Shown one piece after another: positions 28,201-40,200 of a stretch of DNA of 64,000 nucleotides. This DNA is from Bugula neritina (Eukaryota > Animalia > Bryozoa): assembly GCA_964035545.1 (NCBI GenBank), contig OZ037772.1, forward strand, positions 5,460,233-5,524,232. Direction: 5' to 3'. The notes under the pieces were generated by a model, which worked only from the letters and a program-made list of their open reading frames with translations, made no database searches and was not told the origin of the DNA. Position numbers and translations under genes: made by a program. Position 1 is the stretch's first letter, and every line of letters begins with the position of its first letter.

Positions 28201-31200
28201 TTGTTAAGAAACAATTCGCTGGTTTTACAAAACTCACTATAATATTTTATAAAATAACTTTGCCATTGATTAAACAAAAAATTCATTCATTTTCAGTTAT
28301 GTTCTTACTTGAATTTAGATTTTGCAATATATTGATCAGCAACCATCATTAAGTTGTTATACTTTGAATAAATTGTTATGATCAAATGTACATACAACTC
28401 TTATTATAGGACTAACTTATAATTGTGACATTCATGCGATTAGCCTTCTATGCTGTGCGCGATAGCTTTGTATTTTTTTGAATGAATTATGTAATTTTGG
28501 TTGTATATCTTATACATTATATCATCAAGACATAGCCATTACGATAAATATAGCTAATACTGTTTTATATATAATGTCATCTATAAAGTAGCTACAATAT
28601 AACTTTGTTATAGGATCATGACGTTGTGTCTGAAGAACATTCTAGAATTAATATGACAGAGTACAAAGCTCGTGCTGCTAAGTTAGAGAAGAGAATGTGT
28701 GAGACACATGCAGACATAGAGTATACTTTGGGTTGTCAAGTCTGTCTCAAACTACTCTGTACTCAATGTGTATCTACAGCTGGTGCATGCATCGATGGTA
28801 AGTTTCAGTTTGTTTTTATTACTTACCATATATAGATTATATGATTCAGGTAGACCACAGCTTGTACCTTACTTGCTAAATGCTTTAGGTAAATCACAGC
28901 ATTCACTACTCACATTGAAAGATTTGACAATGCAACTGGTAGAGGTGTCAGAGTTGAAGACAAGAGAAGACAACTTATCTGGTTATTATAAACAAATAGC
29001 TGCAAACATTGATGAGTTTCGAACTGAAACCAAGAAGCTGCTGATGTTGCTGTGGAAACAGCGTGATGATCAGGTGATTATTACATGGTTTTAAATTTGA
29101 TAATTATAAAGATCATATAGAAACTGTGAGAGTTTGTTTATCGTTCTCTGTATAACCACCTGAGATGAGTTATTTTTCTGGTAGATGCATGATGCAAGAT
29201 GATGGTAGATGCAAGATGGCTATACACTCAGACACTCCTCAAATTTTTCTAGCTTGTCAAACATTTAATGTGACTGTATTTAGATAGCAGCTATTCAACA
29301 GAAGTATGACAAACTGGAGATAGAACTGGTAGAGAAAAGAGAAAAGACTGAGACTCAAGCAGTGAATTTTATGGTAGATGAAGTGGGGGTTAGATACCGT
29401 GAGCTGCATAATCACAGAACAGGAATAGAGGCCAAGTTAGACCAAAGTCATGATGTTAGTTGTAGAGTATGGATAGTAAATGTTAGGACCTGTAGCAGTT
29501 TTATATATTTCAATGTCTTTATACAGTTTCTATTGTATTTATTGTTTCTCTATCGGTAAATAACATCTAAAAATTATATATAAGTAGAAACTGGATCTGG
29601 AATAACCAATAATGGGACCATACTATAACATAGCATGCTGTACAATGCAGGGCTATCTAAAATTTATGTCACCCTTAAAGGCATAAACATAAAATGGTTT
29701 TGCTCAGATATATGAATTAGAGTGAAAAAAACATCTTTTAAATGTCTGTTTTTACACATGCTAAAACATATAGCCTGTAGCAGTTAATGGGACTTCATTG
29801 TGTAATGATTTATAAAAATTTGAAATGAAGTAATTTGAAAAATACCGGTGCAGTGGCCCCATCACAAGCTAAAGTTTATTATAGTGTTGCCCTCACCAGT
29901 ATAATATACCATTTCAGTTGCCTTTGGCCTGAAAAGGTTGGACACCTTTGTACTAACACTATATATGACACTGTATATTATAATACCATAGGATTAATGT
30001 ATAATACAATAATACCATAACACTTATGATACCATAGGATACTGTATAGTAGGGGTAACGGGGGGGGGGGGGCGGCACAACGGTCATAGGGGTACAACAA
30101 GCCGGCAAAATTGTGAGAGAACTTATTGACTTAGAGTCGTGATTTTTTTTTCATAAAAAGGTATTGACATAATTATTCAGCCTTTGTAGTTTCAACACTC
30201 GCAGAACATACGTGTTGAAAAAGCGAGTGAAAAACTGTTTTCACCTACTTTTTGTAAAATTTTTAAGATGTCATTAAAGCTTTATAACTGTTTACACTCA
30301 AAGGCAACAAACCTAGAATTTACTGATATTGTTGCCATTGCTTGTCTCTACATTGCTCAACTTATAGTATAACAGCAAACTCTAAAATAAATTTTCTTTG
30401 AGGCACATTTATGTTCAATTTGGCCATCAGGGGCACAATGGGCCACACTGACCAGGGCACAATGGGCCACCTGATTATAGTACCCTGATCACTGTTTGTT
30501 TTCCCTAAAAGTTGGTTGAAATGTTACTAAAATCTATAGATATAGCCATTTCTGACCTTTTTGTAAAATATCAAAGACATCATGGTAAGACTACAAAACT
30601 ACAAGGTGAAGCTTTCCTAATATATACATCTGGTGAGGTTAAAGCTATGCTATTTTATACATAATACAAAACACTCTGCTGTTGCTACTAGTAGATAGTC
30701 AAGATATTCATTATACATTATATCATTGAGGAAATATACATGTATTTGACTAAAATAAATTGTGGTTTGTTCATTTGCTCCCCCCCCCTCTCCCTTCCGT
30801 ACTCCAGCCACAAACCGAAGACATGCACCTTAGCTACAGTTCATAGAAAAAAAGTCCACTCAGAATTTTGTAGTACATGTTACTAAAGTTTTTTTTCTGA
30901 TAAAAGTTCCTCTGAAGTGTAAATAAACAACATTTTTAGTTCTAAACAGTAATGATAATGGCATCATAAAAACGAGTGATATGCGTTTGATTTTGCCTTC
31001 CTCTGCTATTCGTGGTGGCACAAACTGTACAGTTAAAACATGAATTTTGCTTTAGATCTGAAAGAATATTTTTATATATCTGTAATATTAAATAAATAAA
31101 GATCAGATGCAACAAAATCTGCAAAGTTTCAATATATTTGCTGTGTCCCACCCAGTGTCCACAGGGCACAATAGGCAGATTTTCTCGTCATGAAAATTTC

Positions 31201-34200
31201 ATTATTCTGAAAGTTGTGAGAGAGATAGAAACAACAAATTGATACCTGTAATAGACAACAGATGCAGTATTAGGACTAGGGATTGTTGAACTGGTAACTT
31301 AAAAAATAGACGAATGAGAGCAGAAAATGCAAAACTCAACCTGTTGTGCCCCCCCCTCCCGGTTACGCCTATAGTCCACAGGGCACAATAGACAGATTTT
31401 CTCGTCATGAAAATTTCATTATTCTGAAAGTTGTGAGAGAGATAGAAACAACAAATTGATACCTGTAATAGACAACAGATGCAGTATTAAGACTAAGGAT
31501 TATTGAACTAGTAACTTGAAAAATAGACTAATGAGAGCAAAAAATGCAAAACTCGACCTGTTGTGCCCCCCCCCCCCCGTTACGCCTATAGTCTACGATA
31601 CTGGATAATACCATAGAATACTGTATAATACTGTAGGATGCTGCAGTATAATACCATCTACGATACTGTACAATACTATGTTAGGATACTGTATTTAATA
31701 CCATATAGCACACTGTCAAATTTGCAATCTGTGGTCACTTACTGTACAATTTATTACCATAAACTTCACCCATTAGTTTGTAAAAGTCTGTTTCCCTAAT
31801 GCTGCATTGCAATCTCTATCCTTCAATATTTTGCGTTGCACTGCTGCTTTTTAGATGGCTTTGTTGGTGTGAAATATAGGGGATTGGTGTTGATCACATT
31901 GTCCATACTCAATGCTAGCATTCTCTATAATAGCAGACAACTCCCAAACCCCTGCTATACACAGTGTCACATTGTATGTATATGTAATATTGTTAGGTTG
32001 ACATCATCGAGTCATATCGTGATATGAAGAAGGAGATTGATAGACTGTTGACAGAAGAGATTCCTAAGTTGATAGATTTTGATCTTGTAACATCTGTGAA
32101 ACTCAAAGGTTGGTTTTATATTGTAGTAAACTGTGGGTTTTGAATGCAACTAGTGCCTACATGCTCTAGAGAGAATAAGCCAAGTATCTGAATACGAATG
32201 AAGATAACTTTATTAGCATCAAATACAGCTTATGTGGTCCTACTACCAGCGAGCTCCAGTAGTAGTCTGAATCTACACTGGAACTCGCTGGCTTTATATA
32301 TGTGTGCAGACAAAGACATTCCTTTGTGCCGAGATCGGAGGCCCGAAATGCTGAATTTCGGCATTTCGGGGATCCGAAATGCCGAAACTGGCACCCCGGC
32401 ACTTCGGTAGTCCGATCTGCCGATATTCGGTATATCGGCATTTCGGAAGACCGAAGCGCCGATCTCGGCAGTCTGGAGAGCCGAATCCACTACACACACC
32501 CCCCATCGGAAAGCATACTTTCCGATAAGAGGCGCGCAAAAAACAAAAAAAAAAATAGAAAACAAAAGCACACACAGAGAGTAAAAAAAAAAAAGAAACA
32601 ATAACAATAAACAAAAACACAACACAAGAGGGTACACACCGCGTACACAGACAAGATAACATAAATTACATTTAGTAACACAAAATTTCCTGAAAGGAAT
32701 AATACACATTATTTGCTTACGTATGAACAGTATAATACAAAACAACAATATAACATAAAACACACACGCCCGCCACCATTGTCCAAGGGGGGGGTGAACT
32801 CAATGGTCACTGGGGTGTCTTCGTTCCAAGCGATTCAGGCGTCGCCGGAGCTCCCCCATCTCCTCCTCACACCTGCGGAGACGCCTGCGCAGATACCGGA
32901 CCTCTTCTTCCAACTGGGTTGTCGTTGGCCGCCTGCGTCGGTCAGATGTGCCGGGGCCGGTTGGTGTCCTCTGCTTCTTGCCCGTCGCCAAGGGTCGGGG
33001 GCCCAGGTCCGAGGAGTCGTCCCTGGCGTCCGCTCCGACCCGTGCCAGCACGACCCGAAGTGGTTGGGTGGCCGCCAGTTGGGGGGTGGCGACGGGCTCC
33101 CCCTCCTGCTCTTGGACCGGCCGACACGCGGGGAATCCCTGGGCGAGAGCTGCCCGTCTGCGGGGATCCACCACGTGTGGCAGCACCAGGTCCCGAAATT
33201 CGGGGAAGGTGGTTTCATCCACAGCGAACGTATAGCCCGTGTGGCAGCGTGATATGCGCTGATGTCTCAGCACATAATCACGCTGGTAGCTGTACTCTCC
33301 ACATGGGCAAAATACGTTGAGGAAGTGCTGGGGGGCGTGTACCCGCAGCCGCCGTGAGGAGGAAAACTTCCTCCTGCACTGGTGGCAGATGCGGTTGCCC
33401 GACTCGCCGCACGCCTCACCAATCTTGCGACTGGTCGCTCCTGAAACCCAATACTGGCGGGCGACCAGGGCCCGAGGCAGGGCCAGTATTGGGGCATCCT
33501 CTTCAGTTAGGCCGTCAGGGTGGTCACTTCTGAGTATGCCTTGCTCCTCTCCGGCGGCGAGCTGTAGCTTGACCGGTTTGGAGCTGGGGCTACTCGTGTT
33601 AGTGGTACACACCGCTGAGGTGGGTGTGGCGCCCTGTTGGCTGTTGGAAGCCGGAACAGGGGCCGGTGGAAGAGGGGAGTCGGGCTGACTGGCCTCCTCA
33701 ATATCCATGTGTTCGGCTGAAAGAGATAGCAGAGGCTGTGAAGAGCCGATCTCACTACCGCCGAAATTCGGCACAGGCTTACGAGGGGCTAGATTATGAA
33801 CCGCAGGCCGAGATAAGTCACAAAGAGTGACTGAGCTCACGTCCTGATCTAATAAAAAGTCGAGGGCTGAGTCACCCCCGAGATCCATCTCTGCCTCCGG
33901 TTCTAACGGATTTGATTCTAATAAATCTAATACTGACCAGTCTACATTACTATTAGATCAGCTAGACTCCGCATGGGGAGGATCTAGCCGTAAAGAAATA
34001 CCTGATTGTTTAGTTGGTGATGATCTGCCCATAATTGTATTGAGGTTATCACACTTAGTTTTAGAATTGAAATTTAAATTTAAGTTAGAAGTACGTCTTC
34101 ACAGGATAGTTAAGGGCAACCTTTTAGCTGCAACTACCTTGCTGAGGTTTGCATTGTAATCATATAAGAATTCAGTACCAGTAAAATAAAATCTCACCTA

Positions 34201-37200
34201 ATTGTGCTAGAGTCAAAATTTAAAAACTATACTGTAAATCTTCTTTTTTTCCAGGGTAACTTTTTTGGAAATTTCAATTTTCATTTTTTTTTGCAAAGTT
34301 ATAGACAAAAAACTGCCCAATTTTGGCCAATTTTGCCTGAAAAGCTGACTTTTCAGTACCAGTAAAATATCTCAGCAGCAAAGCATGATATCTGAATAAA
34401 AATTGCACTGCTGGAATCCTGAGATATTTCTCCAGGGTAACTTTTTTTCTTTTTCCAATAGCTCTTCTAGATTGCCCACAAATTGGTGATTTATACACTG
34501 AAAATGCCATATTTTTTCATAGTAAATTAGCAGCGCGCAGTGCTTCACGCTTCAATGAGCACGTAGAGATGAGAAGATATTGGCGCGTACATGCTAATTA
34601 TAGGCTTGCTAGCTGGCAGGATATAATGAATAGCTTGCTTGGTACTTTGTTTATGTACCGCCTATAATGGAATGTTGATAGATAACACAGCCCTAATGAA
34701 GGTTGCTGCTTATTGGTTGTAGTTTGATCTTAGGCTAAACAATTGCAAGTAAGCAACACGCATGCCACCCGCAGAGTAATATTATTCAAGAACCTAAACT
34801 ACATTTTGAGAGAAATTTATGATATTCTTAGTGAGGATGCCCTTAACTATCCTGTGTTGACAGCGTGGTAGTGAAAGTTGAAATGGCCGAGCCTCGTGTT
34901 TTAGAATCACTACCTGCGTTAGTCCGAGCTACGCGACCCGTGGGAAATTCCAAGAAATTTTGAAAAAACAACTCGCGTAAACGCGTGCCCTCCGAATTTC
35001 GGCTTGAAATTTCTTTTTCTTGGTGGAATTCTCTGGGGTAATGGAGGGAATTTCCAACCAAGATAGGGTAGTCATCCGTACTGGATGAACTACTGGCACG
35101 GGGGGGGTAGTTCTAGGTGCCCTACAGCATAGTCTGCCAGATATCTAGGGGGCCTTCTGGCCCTCTGACTCCTTTCCTGCTGTACAGGCGCTGCTGGTGC
35201 TGGTGGCTCTTCAGTTATTGTTGGAGGGGGGTCCCCGCTTTCACCCGTGACATGGGTGGGGGTGTCTTCCCCCTGGAGGGGTGGTGGTCCTAGGGCTTGC
35301 TGTCGTTCTTGTTCCCGCTCCTCTCTCTGTTGTCGCTCCAGCTGTTCCAACAGGGCGGCTTGCTCCTGGTCCGCCTCTCTGGGGACCACAATTTCTACCT
35401 CTCGAGGGCGGGTAGCCTGCCCTCGACCGCTGGGTTGGCGGTTGGGCTCTAGGAGGGGTGGGGCTTGACCCATCGCGTCTGGGCTGGCCTGGTACGGCTT
35501 CACGCTTCTCGCTCTGGACTGAGACCTGCCCAGAGCGCTCCACATGGTACGTATGGTTCGGCAGCACCTCCACCACGCAGTAGGGACCGACGAACTTGGG
35601 CTGAAGCTTAGCCGACTGTCCGCGTCGCCTACGATAGCTCACCATTCAGACCCAGTCTCCCACCTGGTACAACGGGGGCTCTTCCGAGTCCTCTGTGCGG
35701 GTCTGCCACTGCTGGGTACGCAGTGCATCATGAGCTTTGCCCATGATGTCTATCAGACCCTCCACATATTCGTGTACCGGTGACTCGGGGGCAGGAACAT
35801 GGTATGTCAGGTGTTCCGGAACCCGCGTCTCTCGGCCTAGCATCAGGAAGTTTGGGGTCTCCTGCGTGGCGGAGTGTGGTGTGCTGCGGTAGGCCCGCAT
35901 GATTTGCGGTAGCACCAGGTCCCATTCTTCCTGACCTCGACCAAGGAGCAGGCTCCTGAGGGCGTCACCCAACATCCTGTTGTTCCTCTCGACGACTCCG
36001 TTCCCTTGCGGGTGATATGGGGTGGTCCGACTCTGGTTCAACCCCCATATCCGGCAGAGGTCTCCCATGAGCTGGGACTGGAACTGGGCACCCTGGTCCG
36101 TATGTATCTGCTCGGGTAAACCGAGGTAACAGAACACATGTTGGTCCAGGGTCCGGGCCACCGTGGGGGCCGTTGCGTCTGGAATAGCCAGAGCATCTGC
36201 CAACCGGGTGAAGTGGTCCGTGAGCACCAGTATCCAGGTGTTCCCTCTGGCGGATAAGGGCATAGGTCCCACGAGATCTACCGCCACTACTTGCCACGGT
36301 CGACCAGCGTATAGCCGGCGTCGACCAGTGGTTTCCGTGGGGCAGCCATGCTTGCTAGCTTGGCAGACCTCGCATTGCCGTACCCGCAGTCGTACATCCC
36401 GAGTCATTCCGGGTCAATACCAACGCAGCCGCAGAAACCTGATGACCAGACTGACTCCAGAGTGAGCCTGCTTATGGGTGTCCCAGATCAGTTCCCGTCG
36501 GAGGGCACGTGGACAGACGAGGCGGTCCCTCTCCTGCTGACGGTTTTTTGCTGCTAACGTTATCATCAGGAGGCCATCAAGACTGACCTTGAGGGCGTCC
36601 CAGCGACGACAGAGGAGGTGGAACTCAACGTCTCTCTGCCGCTGCTGTTCCTCGCTAGGTCGTCGGCCCTCCTTCTTGGCCCGGAAGATGTCCGCTACCG
36701 CGCCGGGTAGAGTCTCCTGGAGTCGGCACAGCTCCTTGACGTTCTGGTACACAGTGGGGTTGGCGTGAAGCGCCTGGACGTCGTCTGAGTGGGTTTCGGT
36801 CCGAAGATGGCCGTGCTCCCACCGATAGACGGCGCCCTCCCCTAACTCTGTTTCCACGTCAAGGCGAGTGGGTCCACCGTCCCGCTTCTCAATGTGCAGG
36901 CACTGCTTACAGTCCTCTACCGGCCGGTGGCTCATGCCATCGGCGTTCCCGTGCTTCCGGCCAGCACGGTGCTCTATCCGGTAAGAGAACTCGGCAAGAA
37001 TCTCTAGCCAACGAGCCACCTGGCTCGAGGGCTCTGCACGTTTACACAGCCATATCAGTGATGCATGGTCTGTTCGCAAACGGAACGTTCTCCCATACAG
37101 ATATGGCCGAAAGTGCTTGACCGCCTTGACTACTGCTAGGAGTTCCTTCCTAGTGGTGCAGTAGTTCTTCTCGGCGGCCGCGAGAGTCTTGCTGTAGTAA

Positions 37201-40200
37201 GCCACGACCACCTCACTTCCACCCTGGACTTGAGACAGGACAGCTCCCACGCTGTGGTCGCTGGTGTCGGTGTCCAGGATGTACTCTTGGGCTGGGTCAG
37301 GATGCGCCAGAATTGGCGCCTCCATTAGCCGCTGCTTGAGGTGGTCAAATGCCTGCTGCTCCTCCTGTGTCCACTGCCACCGGACCCCCTTTGCGGTCAG
37401 TCGATTCAACAGCTGAGCCACTCCTGCGAAGCCAGGTATGTACTGCCGGTAGTACCCTACTAGGCCCAGGAACGCGCGCAACTCAGGGAGGTCACGGGGG
37501 ACAGTCCACTCCTTCACAGCCTGTACCTTCTCCTGGTCGGTAGCGACCCCATCACGGCCAACCACATGGCCAAGGTACGTGACTTCCGGCTGCAGGAGTG
37601 CACACTTGGAGGGCTTCAGCTTTAGTCCAGCTGCCCGGAGACGGTCAAAGACCTCCCGCAGACGACTGACATGAGTCGAGAAGTCTGGGGAGATGACAAT
37701 GATGTCGTCCAGATAGATGAGGAGGGTCTTCCGGTGTAACCCACTGAGGACCTGCTCCATGAGCCGTTGAAAAGTTGCCGGAGCGGACGTTAGTCCAAAT
37801 GGCAGTATTTTCCACTTCCAGAGCCCGTCGCCGGTGATGAATGCTGCTTTGTCCTGGGCATCAGGACTGAGGGGTACTTGCCAGTACCCGCTAAGCAGAT
37901 CCAAAGTACTGAAGTACTTGCTACCCGCGAGGGCATCTAGAGACTCATCTATCCGTGGGAGAGGGTAGGCGTCCTGGATGGTAACGCTGTTGAGTCTGCG
38001 GTAGTCCACGCAGAATCTCCAGCTATCATCCTTCTTCTTGACCAGGACTACTGGAGAGCTCCACGCACCGTGGGCAGGCTCAATCAGATCCCGGTCGAGA
38101 AAATCCTGTACCTGTCGGCTCACCTCCTTCTCCTTCTCCGGGCCTAGACGCCGGGTAGGCTGCCTGATGGGAGTGGTGCCGGCTGCCAGGGGTATCTCGT
38201 GGGAGATGACCTTGGTCAGCCCCATGTCTCCATCGCCACGACTGAAGACATCACTGTACTCCGCAAGTAGTTGAGCCAGTACTTGGCGTTCAGTACTACT
38301 TGTACAGTGTCCACACGCTCCATCATATAGGTCAGCCATATGCTCCGGGACTGCTCCTCGTCTGGTGTGAGGGGGGTTCCCCTGGGTGTTGGCCACTGTC
38401 TCCAGTGCCGGACCCACATCCACTTCCTGGATGGAGTGGTACTTCCCCACCAGCGCTCCAGCCGATAATTGGACAGGTTCCGTGAAGGGGTTGATGCACT
38501 GCACGAGGAGCTCCTGCCGACAATCTAGCCGATTCAGGCTGTTTGCTAGTCAGATCGCTCCGTGCGTTCCCTCAACTACCCCAAGGCCGGCGATCCCCTT
38601 GCAGTTGACTCTGCAGCGAAGAGTCCCCTGGGATCTCCCCGGAACCGTACAGTCCCGCACTACCTGGACTCCGCCCACCAAGGGCCTTTTGAACTTGTCG
38701 ACGCAGACAAGCTACTTCCCAGCCATCACCACCACTGACTTCTGGAAATCCATGTGACACTGGTGTTTCTCCAGAAACGGCATTCCCAGGATGACGTCCT
38801 CCTTCAGCTGGCTGACTATAAACGTCTCGTGAATTGCTTGATCACGGACGCGTCCAGGTAGTAAAATGACGCCGTAGAAAGGAATGCATGATCCGTCCGC
38901 CAACGTACCATGCGCACCTTCATACGACTCGAGGCTCGCCCGCTCTTGTGCACCAAGAGTGTCAAAGAGACGCCTACTCAGCAGGTTGGTAGTGCACCCA
39001 GTATCCAGTAGGAATGTGGCAGCTTTACCCGAAATCTTTCCGGGCAGGAAGTAGCTGCTTCTATACGGCTGGGTGCTCCTGGAGCGGTCAGTCTCTGGGG
39101 GAGACACGACTTGGGTCCGCACAGCGGGCCTCCTCTTCGTCTTAGAGACAACGGGGGTTTTCTGAGGTCGGGAGGGTAGCTTGGGGTACTCTTGCGAGTA
39201 AGCTGAATCCTCCCCCACAACCTCCTCGGGCAACCCCGCGAACCGGTTCTGGAGTGGCCAGGCCGGAGGATCGGGTAGACCTTGCAGTCTCCGAGATCTC
39301 CGTGGCCTCTGCCACTCGGTATCGGCAGACCCTGTGGAGGTCTCTTCTTCTCCTCTCCGAGTCCTATCCCGGATGGGATTGGCGTGAGGCCCACGGTTGG
39401 CGGAAGTTACCGTGAGCCTTGGGTGTTTAAAGGCCCTTGGCCTCTAGGGCAGTGCCTCCTCACGTGCCCTTGCGCCCCGCATCCTCAACAGGTTAGCAGA
39501 GATGGGCGGACAGGGTTGTCCCGTGAACGGGGAGCCTGCCTATCCGCCTGTTCGCTCTGCAACTTCGTCACCGTAGCCTGCAGGCCTTTCATCATGTCCA
39601 TTAACATGGTGAGCTGCGTCTGCTCGGGTGATTTAGTTGCAGCTGCTGCTACCTGTGGAGTTGAAAGTGGGGTGGTCTCCTCATGCTCCTCGACCACTTG
39701 GCGGGCTGTATAGCTCGGTCGCCTAGGCTCTTCCACCTGGAAGTAAGCCTTCCCCATTTCAAGCGCTTCTTCTATACTGTTGACCTTGGCGGCCAGCCGG
39801 TATCGCTGCAAGTCCGGGTGCTTCAAGCTCCGGAAGAACGCGTTGTAAACGAGGCGCTTCCGGTCATTGCCAGTGGCGTGACCGAAAGCAGCCTGAGCCA
39901 GGCGCTCTACCTCGTTTGCGTGGTCTTCCAGGGGAGTCCTCCGGTCCCTCCTCATGATCTGCAAACGATCAGCTGCTTCTTCGGCTGTTAGGCCGAACCG
40001 GGCTCTGAGAGCCCGCATGATGTGCTCTTCATCAGGCCCAAGAGCGAAGCTCTTGGCCCGGCCTGTCAGACAGGCCCGAAGTTGGAGGATGCGCACCTGT
40101 AATGGCCATTCAGCGATGGTGGCCACATCCTGGAACTTCCTGATGAATTGCTCTACGTCTCCTTCTCCTCCGAAATTCGGGGGCTGGAGGCGATACCTGT

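Noticed and set aside
29648-29950. Second hAT-like MITE (CAGGG... / AGGTTGGACACC)
   Set aside because: TIRs too degenerate and no convincing TSD.
32800-33888. ORF3 as env
   Set aside because: No signal peptide, fusion peptide or transmembrane helix; it has nuclear-protein features instead.
35646-39487. TGA-as-Trp recoding or APOBEC-like hypermutation (three probable TGG>TGA stops)
   Set aside because: The contexts differ, other lesion types (TAG, probable CGA>TGA, W>R, W>L, a frameshift) co-occur, and most Trp codons are TGG; ordinary decay explains it.
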